DNA from: Lytechinus pictus
Lineage: Eukaryota
DNA length: 64,000 nt
Assembly: GCF_037042905.1 (NCBI RefSeq)
Contig: NC_087252.1
Span: forward strand, 21,702,001-21,766,000
Direction: 5' to 3'
Below are positions 44,015 to 54,191 of the stretch, in pieces (position 1 is the stretch's first letter; every line of letters begins with the position of its first letter). Both the position numbers and the translations under genes were made by a program. The notes under the pieces were generated by a model, which saw nothing but the letters and a program-made list of their open reading frames with translations, had not been told where the DNA came from and did no database searches.

Positions 44015-47000
44015 ATCATATTTTATACTATCACATGGCTCCAATATTACGTTGGTATTGAAAGGGGAGGGGGGTGAGACTTGTATCTGACATAGTGATT
44101 GGACGAAATCTACCACCAATTAATTTGAGTGAAATTTACACCTTTCACCATGAGTGTGAGAAAAGAACAAAGGGTAATATCCCAATGACTTTTAGATGAA
44201 TTGACAGTTATTTACAAGCAAAACGGGAGACATATGGGCGGCTAGAAAGTCTCGTAAAATTTTACAAGATCTCTCAACAGCTTGGAAGGCCTTTACTCCT
44301 GTAAAACATTCTGGAGGAATGTAGGACTGCTTACTCTCTGTTTTTATTCTCAGGGATTAAACACTTTAAAGGGTGAAAAGCACCTATGAGGATTATATTT
44401 AGAAAGCACATCAAATGCAACTCCATGTATGGATTTTGGGGTAACCATCCATACTTTTAAACACTATTAAAAAGAAACATTTATCCCTTTAGATTTATGA
44501 TAATGATAATCATTCAAAGATTGGTAATTTGGAAATGTTGAATTTAAGTTTTTAGATTAATGTTATATTACAGCTTCCACCAGTGTGTCTTACAAGCAGT
44601 GTGTTCAATTATCATCACTCACAAAAGAAACAATGTTAATATTTGTCTGTTAGAGCCACGCAGTAAAGTATATATCTTACTTATAAAATTCATGTTGGTT
44701 TCAAGATAATTTTAGACATAAATTTTGAAATTACTTTAAATTGGAATAATGATGATTGATTAATGAATGATAGGTAGGATCCTGCTGTCAAAATTTACCC
44801 AAGGATTTTCCACTTTTGTACAATTTTGTGGCATTTTTAGGACTTGTCCTCAGAATAAGAGTATTTCTTTTGATTTCTCCTTCAATTTGACAGTATTTTG
44901 AATGGTCATATCCTCAAAATCACTTTAAGGACAATGACATTGGTTTTGGCTAAATTATGGGACCATATTGAAGATTTTTCTCCTGGGGAATTACAAAACC
45001 ACAAAATCACTTCCGAAAACCCCTAAAAGATGCCTTTGAACATCGCCATAGACAAGGATACTACAGCTACTGAACAATTATGATAAGTCATTCAGACTGG
45101 CGGAATTTAGTGTATATCCATGTCAGTGTGAGCATGAGGATAAACAAGTAAGAATGGATAATGTGTAGTGTGAACCTGTAGAGGTTAAAACAGAAATAAA
45201 AAACAGACTTTGCATGCTCAGAGATTTGAGATCATTTATAAAACATGGGTACATGAATATGAAGCTAACAAGAATAGAACCTATGAAGGGCCTATACATT
45301 TTTTTGTTAAGGCTCTAGGCTATGTGTTATGGCCTTAATAAAGAAAGGGAAAAAAATAAAATGCAATAAATTATTTACTATGAATGATTGTTGTACATAG
45401 AATGTAAATGATAAATAAAGTTTGTCCGTAAATGAATGCATTCTTGAATGAATAAAAAAGAATATTTATATAAATGAATAGATTAATGAATGGATAAGTA
45501 AGCCAATAGACAGGTAAATAGCTGTGGTAGTGAATGAAAGAAAAGCAATTAAGTTATGTGAAGTAGCAAATAATTTCAAAGGCCTTTTTAAAACAATTTA
45601 TTTGAAATTTATTTGAATGATGAAAAAATAAATATACTATTCTTCAAATTAAACAATTGAAGGAAAAGTGTCTCATCTTCTATTGAAAGGCCTTATGTAG
45701 ATACCTTACATTTTGATGATCGTTTTAATAATACCTAATTATGGTACCATATTGGGTTTCATAAATTTTATCTTTGATGTGAATGACCCCTTCCCTGCTC
45801 TTGTCACGTAAAACACTGGATGACCACAACAAAGGCTTAGATGAAAAAGGCCGTGATTCATATTTATGATATAGCCCTGACTCTCAATAACCCCATGGGT
45901 ATTGAAAATATGGAGAAGTACACCCCATCCCTACACAATCCTGGTATAAGAAAAAAAAATGTTGGAGGAGATTGCGGGAGTGAGTGACAAATTGCTTTGA
46001 TATTGGTTAACGCAGGGTGCCAATTACATTGTACACTTGAACTTATAGCAGTCAGGTTGCCTACGATTAGTCTAAAACTTCAGACCTACCATTGTTCATG
46101 ATGGAAAGTTTAACTGAAATCTTTGGTTTTATTTCCAACAAGTGACAGAAAATATAATTTCCTCAATATGCATAAATATTTTAAATTAATGTTTAGTTTC
46201 ACTATGTGTTTTAAATTTGGTGGTGGCTTTATTTTTCTTGAATCTTTCACAATCTATGCTGACATTGTGTGCTTAAAAGAGGAACGCTGTTCGCAAAATT
46301 ACTGACAAAATGTACAATATTGGATTAACTCAATGTCCGAAAATTAAAGATATATATGTAGAAGAAGCCCAAAATAGAGCACCTGTCTAACTATTGCATA
46401 AAATTCTAGTAATATTAACCAATAAGTTCATTTAATACATATACAATTAATCCAGTGATTCAAAAGATGCAGTTGAAAATATGACCTCTTGCACCATGTT
46501 AAATATGCATGGGATATGTTTTTTTTTTTCATTCCAGCATTTTAACAAAGCATATATTGAGGCTATATTTCATTCTTAAGAGAAACAACAGTTTTTACAG
46601 GAAATAAACAAACAGGATGATCCAAGCAAAGATCTTAGATTTAAGATCTTACAATATCTTAACAGCCAAGGTTCATATTGAATAACGAATAACAGATTGT
46701 TTTCTGCTATCACCTTCACTTTTATGAACAATCTTATAATTCTGAATTATGGTGACAATATACAATGGCGACAAATACTTGTTCAGGAAATTCAGGATAA
46801 AAAAAATCACCTTGACTCTTACTGGTGAGATGTAGGAGTTCTGTAACTCAGTTTATTGTGATTTGTCCACACGCAAAGAAATCAATCTGAGCTATGGAAG
46901 TCCATACATGTTATTATTGTTAATTTAAATGAATGACAACTTACACAACATTTAAATCAAATCAAATCATTTTTTTTAAGTAGTAATGAAATATGCCCTG

Positions 47001-47015
47001 CATACCTTTAGATTG

Positions 47016-47094
47016 ATAAATATTGTATATAATTATTAATTTCATTATTATTAATTTAATAATAATACAATTAATAATAATATACAATATTTAT
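47016..47094. repeat. AT-rich near-perfect palindrome (79 bp)
   Basis: ATAAATATTGTATAT...ATATACAATATTTAT centred on 47055, with about 36 of 39 pairs complementary and a 1-nt centre. Confidence 0.9.
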
Positions 47095-47164
47095 ATTAAC
47101 AATGAGGAGCACGCTCAGTTGTCTAGAAAATGATGCATTCATGATTTGAATGTCAAAGGCATTG

Positions 47165-47555
47165 TAGATTTTGATATCTCTGGCTTTTTTCATAACTGTG
47201 ATTGACTAGATCAATCACAACCTTTTGTAAGACAAAGAGTTGCAATTGATCCTATCAATCACAACTATGGAAAGCCAGCAAAGTCAAAAAACTTTCTAGA
47301 TATGAATGTATATTCATAACGGCATTGATTTCTTGACAATTTGGTGTGTTTTCCTTTGTTTACAAAGGACATTTTGCACATTTCCTGTAGAAAAAATTAT
47401 GACACTGATGGATTTCCATAGAGTTACGATTGATTGGATCAATCGTAACCCTTTGTAAGATGAGGCCCAGGTCATTCTTATTCTATGGTGTTCAAGAATA
47501 CACATAGGACAGACTAATCAGTTGTAGATCTTTGTGAGACTGGGGCCCAGGTCAT
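47165..47555. mobile_element. Cluster of related MITE ends (GGGCC-terminated family)
   Basis: ACAAAGAGTTGCAATTGATCC..TCAATCACAACTATGGAAA (from 47232) is inverted against TTTCCATAGAGTTACGATTGATTGGATCAATCGTAACCCTTTGT (to 47456). Further right-end copies lie at about 47198-47233 and 47528-47549. Confidence 0.6.
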
Positions 47556-49247
47556 ATTTAATCTGCATTGTTAAAAAAATCTTGACACAATCCAGGCTGA
47601 TCTTCTGACAGTTGAAGCCGTTTAACTCTGAGCCATTCTGACTTTATAGCAATTATGATATACCCTGTATGCCACGGGTATAACACGGCTTAATTCATGA
47701 TGAAACACAGGCAACCTTTTGCTATTTTCTAAACCTGTTGGGTTCTTATGATAGTGCTCGGGGCTGTTGCCGATTGGGGACCGGGTCTTTTCCGATTGAT
47801 GGCGATGTTTGTAGCTCCCCGCTGGTCACTGAATACTCATTTTCATACCTCATGTAATAATGTGTTTGTTTTCTATTCCTCTGGTGAATTATGAAATTAT
47901 GCTGTGATGAAAGCCAGAAGCCATTCCTTATTTTATTTTATTTAATTTTTTTTTTATGTAGTGCCAAAATGCAACCTGCATTGGTCTGCCTTCCAACAAG
48001 AGGGCATATTTTTGTACAGGCATTTTTTGTTGTTGCTAGATTGTGAAAAAAAAAGGTGAAAATCATATTCAATTCTTTTTAGACATTTAATGTATTTGCT
48101 TTTAGGTATTGGTTGATTAAACTTACATCATATTTCGATTAATTTTAGTGATCATTGCTATGCCTGTGTATTCATTGATACCATTTATCATGGTTATAAA
48201 GCTCATGAATCCAAGCTATGAAGATTTGTGTGTAAGAATGTTTGTCATTTTGCAACCTTTAACAAAGATGGTGAAAGTATTGACACATATAACTGTCTGA
48301 AGAAAATTCCAATATAGTTTTTTTAAGGTATTAAAAGGATTGATTTTTGCTTTTGTTTTAGGTTTTCATCATAAGATATATAAGCTTATACCACCCATAT
48401 TGAATTGATAACTCATCTACATGAGTAACCAGTGAAAATATTTTCGCCATGACAAACACTTCCATGTTTGTGAAACAAACAGAATGTCTCCCTCCCCCCA
48501 GAGATTTCCAACCATCCGAATCCATCGGCCTTGCCGATCATAGCATCACGCTGCTCCCTCCCACCACACGTAATCACCATGTAAATACCATTGATTGGCT
48601 CAATCTGCATGGGGTCCAGCAAAATGTGATGCCGCTCAGTCGGATCTATTGAGAGAAACATCTTCTTTTCTCTTTATTCCTCATCCTTTGAACCACTTCA
48701 CGCCAGCGTAGTGATGGGTAGCATTAAAAAGAAAAACCCTCCGCTTTGAAATCGAGCGACATTCCCTCTTGAAATAACAAACAACTTTTCAGACTCTCCA
48801 CCAGAAGTATTTACTCCTATATTTTTCATTTCTATTTTCCGCTGGTGGTCTAATGTGTTGAAAGTCTATGAGAAATGCCCTGTCATGTGTCACCATGCAT
48901 GCACCGACATGGTTCCACGAATATCTGTTTAATCCACAAGTTTTTGAGAAAATAAACTGAATTTTTATGATTTCTATTTAATGGGCCTCTTTGACAGATG
49001 TTGAAGGAATTATTGCTTTTGGAGGAAGTATTCTATTTTATTTATTTGTGCAGAAAAAACTATCATGTCCTTGACTTGTGTGGATCTTCATTTTGTTTTG
49101 TATTGTCAATGTCTCCCCCTTTTTAATGCTCTCTTTTCCATTTGGATAGTTTACTTGTATTTAAATTCTTTATTTTTCTCTTGTCACTGCTGTTAAAGTT
49201 TGTTATTTTAGGTTTTTACCTTTACCTTAAGTAATAATGATAATAAT

Positions 49248-50574
49248 TGGATAGTCGAAAGAAGGAACGCAAACCGTCACATCCCGCCGTACCGATATAA
49301 AACGTATTGAAACGTATATTTATTCGATCTGTTTGAACAAAATAAAAAACAATAATAAGTATTTTGTTTACACAAAATGAATTCATGATTCAGTTCACAG
49401 TAAATCAATAAATACAATTGCTTTATAAACTGCATCTTGTTTCACGTGTAATTATTTAACTGTTGTTCTCATACATGAATGATCATTGTCTATTGTCTTT
49501 TAAACCAATGTAATCACGATTATGAAACCGAATTGTTATCGAAATAATGATTATAATTCACATCTGTTTCCTCAAATAATAAACAGAGATTTTTCAATCC
49601 TTTTACTTGAAATTAGTCATAACTTTCTTTAACTCTCAATTTGTTGTCCAGCTATACATATTGATTTAAGTAACTGCTTATCTTGCATAATTATAACATA
49701 ATTCTACTTTATCATAACAAGGCAAAGCTTATATATGCATTCGGTTTCTATTTCTTTTCACAAACAGTAACAATTGGCTACTACATTAAATAATTCCTTT
49801 GCCAGTAATTAAAATACAACACGTCTTTTCGTTTGTAAATATAAACGCAATAACCAAATACTTTTCTTCATACATCAATGAAGTTAAACATTCACTTGAT
49901 TCCGAAATGATTTGACCCTAAATCAAAACTTGTTTTGATTTAGTGTTCATAAGTTTATCTATTTATGCAAATACTAATCTGCTCTGTTATATCAAAAACA
50001 TTACTATTTTCCTTTTCATTTTGCAAATAATAAGCTCTTAATACAAACATACAATTTACACTTTGGTGGATCAACACTTAATTAGCATAATTCATTATGA
50101 ATCTAGATAAAAAAAACAGAAAACCGGAAATCCGAAACCAGAAACCGGAAACCGGGCCGAAAACCTAAACGCCCTGCTGTTATTGCTAAACCGGGCAAAT
50201 TGAGACATTTTAAATTGAATTTATCCAACTTGTCAGACAAAATATGAAACATATCAAAGATTAAATGAATTCCAGAACACTTACTCTTTTCTGGCGGGAC
50301 ATAAAACCACGTTTAAATCACGTTAAACAACATGAATTTCCCCAAACTTCGGAGACCGATACAGGCGTCTGACTCCTGAACCTTCTTTAAAATGGAGTGC
50401 GACACGTCACCTTTGTACAGAGCTCCGCTTAGCTTAGCGGGCTTAATTTGCATAACAAAAAGAAATGTGTTTCATTCTACGGTATCCTAAGTAAATGAGG
50501 GGAAATAAATTCAAATAATTAAATATTTCAAATATTGGTATTAAATGCAAACAATCTTTTCGCTGGGCGAAACA
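49248..50574 (-). repeat. 3' LTR (1327 bp)
   Basis: Matches 54192-55518 at a constant offset of 4944, with no mismatch seen by eye. The minus strand reads TGTTTCGCCC...GACTATCCA, with AATAAA at 49324-49319. Confidence 0.97.
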
Positions 50575-50586
50575 TCCTCCCCGCCC
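50575..50586 (-). other. Polypurine tract (plus-strand primer site)
   Basis: Minus-strand GGGCGGGGAGGA directly abuts the TG of the 3' LTR. Confidence 0.85.
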
Positions 50587-50948
50587 ATGAGGAATGTCTT
50601 GTTTCCTCATAACAACACATATTACATGTCATAAATTTTCAAAGTCCATATTACATTACAAAGTTACATGCTTACTTTCACCTATTCAGTTAAACTTGCA
50701 TTGCAATTATCGTTACCATGGTTACATTCAGTGTTGTATTTAATATTATGGTTAGTCTCTTCATTTTTGTTAGACTTTGTCATGATTAGTTCGGGATGTA
50801 TTATATATTGTTAGTCTCATGAGTTATACATTACGTTATACTTCACTATCCTTTGTTTCCTTCATCTTCTTTCTTCACCTTTCATCTTCTGAATCTTCTC
50901 TTCTTGAGTTTAGTCTTCATAAACTTCCGCAGGACAGATGAGTCCAAT

Positions 50949-53900
50949 TTACGTTATTGGTCGGGAATATTCTGCATTTAATGTCTTTACATTCACATTG
51001 CGAATTATACCATCTTGTCCTGGGTACAGTTGAACAACACGTGTAATTGTCCATTTTCCACGTTCTTCGTTGGAGTCGGTCATCATAACTACGTCATCCA
51101 CGAGAATGTTCCGACGATCTGTGTTCCATTTCCGTCTGGGTGTAAGTAGTGACAGAACATCTCTGGTCCATCGATGCCAGAATGAGTCGACAATCCGTTG
51201 TACTAGTTCGGCGCAATGTCTTGGACTTGTAGTTTCTCCTTGAGCTACATCACTTGAAGCTCGTCCTAACAGCATGTCATTAGGCATGTTAGGACTTAAG
51301 TAGCTCCTGTCATCAGGGTCTGTGGTTGTTCTGCATATCGGCCTCTGGTAATCGCAAGATGAGTAGTGGAATAGCGGTGAATGCGACTGTAGCTTTTCTC
51401 TCCGTAGTTCCGCCATCCCCTGGGATTCTAGTCTGTGTTCAAAAGTTCTGCATGCTGCACATCCGAACTTTATCTTCTTGGCTAGATCATGTGCTCTCAA
51501 GATCCAGTACATTCTCCTGGCCTTTGCAGTAGTCATAGTAACATCGTAATGACCATCCTCATGAACATGCCTAATAATCAAGGTTGAGATCCAGTGTTCG
51601 CAAGGGAGTAAAGCCGGATGCTTCATGGCTAATAGCTTGTCAGCACTATCTACTGCCCGTCGAACGAGGATAATTCCTGCTTCATCCCTATACGAATTGA
51701 GTGCCTTTAGATCTCCTTTGTCTACTCTGGGCTTCAAAGATACTTGAGCACACTTTATCAAATGGTCCTCTCCTTTCTGTATGTCAGTTGGTGTCAGGTT
51801 ACCGTTTGAGACTTTAACGTCCTCATCTACCATTCTCTTGGACTTGGACTTCAGCTTTCTAATGAACTTCAGGACGTTTGAAGTCACCCTCACAAGTTTC
51901 CTCCAGTTAGAATATTGCTGACAGTCGATCACATCTTGGGATTTTGATTCTTGTACAGTCAAAACTGGTCTCTCCCTTCGCATTTCTCTGTCTACCTCAG
52001 GAAGCTTTTCCTCAAGCTTTGCTACGGCGGGCCGTTCTGTCACTGGTTTAAGAAGGAAGTCAGGACCTTCTTTCCCATTGTCATTCAGCTTGTCCGGGCT
52101 AACACCTTTGCTGAGTTCATCTGCGACATTTACATTCCGGGGAATATGCCGCCACTGGCTAGGGTCTTTCCGCCGAGGATTTTGTTCGAGCCATCGCTTT
52201 TCCATCTTCTCACATGAAGGACTGATAACTCGAAACTCCTCATCTTGTTGTTCAGTCATCTTACTGGGCTGACATCTCTGTGGATCATTGCATACTTTCA
52301 TTCCTTCTGTTGTCAAGGATTGTCTGAGGTCTAAAGGGCTGTTTACCGTGACATGGAGAACTGCTCCTTCTGGGTATCCTTCTGTAGTACTTCCGAAAAT
52401 GACCCAGCCTAACGGTGAGCAACGGGCCACGAGATTCCCTTGTCTTTTCGTGTACCCTACATGCATCTTGGAATGGTCAATTCCTATGAGGATATCGATC
52501 GGCCCACCTTCCCTGTGAATTTCATCTTTCCTCAGGTTGAAGATCCGTCCTAGTCCTTCCACATTAACTCTGGTAATGCCGTTATTAATGACATCAAGTC
52601 CTATTGCAGAAATAGTGTAACTCTGATGACCATTAATCCCTTGAACTTTCACCTTGTACAGCATAGTGTTATATTCCTCTGTTTCACCTCCGACCTTGGT
52701 AACATTCGCGACAGTCGGATTTCCTTTCAGTCCCAACTCTCCTGCTACTGCGTTCCTTACAAGACTCATCTGAGCTCCCGAGTCTAGGAGACAATTTCCT
52801 TCGCAATTTCCATTCGGGCTCAACATCTTTACTTTAAGCACAGGCAGAAGCGCAGATGTTCCTGTCATACTGGCAATATCCACACTCCCTGTCTGAATCT
52901 GTCTATGAAGCAAAGGGTGGTGGTAGGAAGAACACTGCTCGCCAGTATTGATTACCTCATTACATCTTTTCCTGCGCCTGCATGTCTTCATGTTGTGATC
53001 CTTACCAGCTCTCTTGAGGCAGCTGAAGCACGCCCTGTTATCTTTCATCAGTTGATATCGCTCTTCTTGGGTTTTCGAAAGCACTTTCTTACACTGATCG
53101 ATCCAATGATCAGACGTCTCACATAACCAGCATTTAAAGTCGGGCTTTCTTTCATTGCTTCCGTCATCCTGAGAGATATGACCAATTGTAGAACTTCTAC
53201 TGTCACGAAGTGGAGCAGATGCCCTTATTCTAGTCTTCAATTCCAGTTCCATCCAATAAAGTAATGCATGGAGTGATGCATCTGTTCGTTCCCTGTCAAT
53301 GAATCTCAGCCATAGCTTTCTGTCGTCACTGCTTAATTTTCTCTCTATCAAAGAAAGCATATGATTGTTGTCCATATCATTCGCTCTACCTACTTCTTGC
53401 AGTGAGTTGTAACTTCTCCTGATAAGATGGACAAGGTCACAGAATCGGCCATCCTCTCCATCTTTGAGAGGTCGAAACTTCCCCAAGTCATAGACGATAG
53501 CATCAGCTACCAATCTCGGGTCTCCGTAAATGTTGTCAAGATGAGACCATGCCGAGTCGTAATCGTTCCCTAAACCACGTATGAGATCAAGAGGTTTTCC
53601 TAATAGAGAAGATCTCAGAATTGTGATAGCATCTCTTTTGCTATACCTCGAGTCGACTAGATGCTTAAAATCTGATTTAAATGTCATGTAATCTCGTACG
53701 TCTCCAGTAAATCGAGGCAGCTTTGGTCGCTCTACCTGGACTTTACATGACGAAACCTCTTCCGATTTACTGGTAGTGACTTCGGGAGCAGCTGCGTTTA
53801 CAACTGAATCCTCTGTTGACCTGTTAGACCTAACTTTAGTCTTGCCATAGTCCTTAACCTTTCTCTGCATGTCAAGGAATGATGTCTGACACTCAGATAG

Positions 53901-54134
53901 CCAGGCATCCTCTGTCATGAATACCTCATCATCTACGATTGTCTCGCAGTACCGTTCGTGCCTGTCCTCCAATTCCTGATAAGCAACATTCAAATCCTTA
54001 AACATATCAGTTACCTCATCAAGATCCCTGTCATCGTCCAGTAAATGTTGCAAACCATTTGACAGCCGAGTTAGTTTCGCCTTTGCTGTTCTCCGCTTGA
54101 TCTTGAGATCCTTAGATGCTTGCTCAGATGCCAT
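50949..54134 (-). CDS. gag-pol: BEL/Pao Gag-protease polyprotein with residual RNase H C-terminus and integrase N/C-terminal parts; RT and integrase core absent (1061 aa)
   Basis: It contains a DUF1759-like Gag region (KLPRFTGDVRDYMTFKSDF), three Cys/His knuckles (CWLC..H....C; CFSC......H....C; C...C...HHPLLH), aspartic protease LLDSGAQMS (DSG at 52776-52784), LGWVIFG, WRHIP...NVADELSKG, GPDFL, an HHCC finger (51450-51569) and a DUF5641-like C-terminus (FWHRW...RRKW...GQDGIIRNV). No Y(V/M)DD RT motif is present. Confidence 0.93.
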   Translation of the reverse strand: MASEQASKDLKIKRRTAKAKLTRLSNGLQHLLDDDRDLDEVTDMFKDLNVAYQELEDRHERYCETIVDDEVFMTEDAWLSECQTSFLDMQRKVKDYGKTKVRSNRSTEDSVVNAAAPEVTTSKSEEVSSCKVQVERPKLPRFTGDVRDYMTFKSDFKHLVDSRYSKRDAITILRSSLLGKPLDLIRGLGNDYDSAWSHLDNIYGDPRLVADAIVYDLGKFRPLKDGEDGRFCDLVHLIRRSYNSLQEVGRANDMDNNHMLSLIERKLSSDDRKLWLRFIDRERTDASLHALLYWMELELKTRIRASAPLRDSRSSTIGHISQDDGSNERKPDFKCWLCETSDHWIDQCKKVLSKTQEERYQLMKDNRACFSCLKRAGKDHNMKTCRRRKRCNEVINTGEQCSSYHHPLLHRQIQTGSVDIASMTGTSALLPVLKVKMLSPNGNCEGNCLLDSGAQMSLVRNAVAGELGLKGNPTVANVTKVGGETEEYNTMLYKVKVQGINGHQSYTISAIGLDVINNGITRVNVEGLGRIFNLRKDEIHREGGPIDILIGIDHSKMHVGYTKRQGNLVARCSPLGWVIFGSTTEGYPEGAVLHVTVNSPLDLRQSLTTEGMKVCNDPQRCQPSKMTEQQDEEFRVISPSCEKMEKRWLEQNPRRKDPSQWRHIPRNVNVADELSKGVSPDKLNDNGKEGPDFLLKPVTERPAVAKLEEKLPEVDREMRRERPVLTVQESKSQDVIDCQQYSNWRKLVRVTSNVLKFIRKLKSKSKRMVDEDVKVSNGNLTPTDIQKGEDHLIKCAQVSLKPRVDKGDLKALNSYRDEAGIILVRRAVDSADKLLAMKHPALLPCEHWISTLIIRHVHEDGHYDVTMTTAKARRMYWILRAHDLAKKIKFGCAACRTFEHRLESQGMAELRREKLQSHSPLFHYSSCDYQRPICRTTTDPDDRSYLSPNMPNDMLLGRASSDVAQGETTSPRHCAELVQRIVDSFWHRWTRDVLSLLTPRRKWNTDRRNILVDDVVMMTDSNEERGKWTITRVVQLYPGQDGIIRNVNVKTLNAEYSRPIT

Positions 54135-54191
54135 TGTTTCCGGAATTCCCTCTATCTTCTAACCCAGATCAGGCAAAAGAATCGAATGTGA

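Noticed and set aside
50587..50909. Possible env or extra ORF between pol and the 3' LTR
   Set aside because: Only about 320 nt, AT-rich, with no ORF of useful length.
50949..54134. Domesticated host gene derived from a retrotransposon
   Set aside because: It is flanked by identical LTRs, a PPT and a TSD, which indicates a recent mobile insertion.
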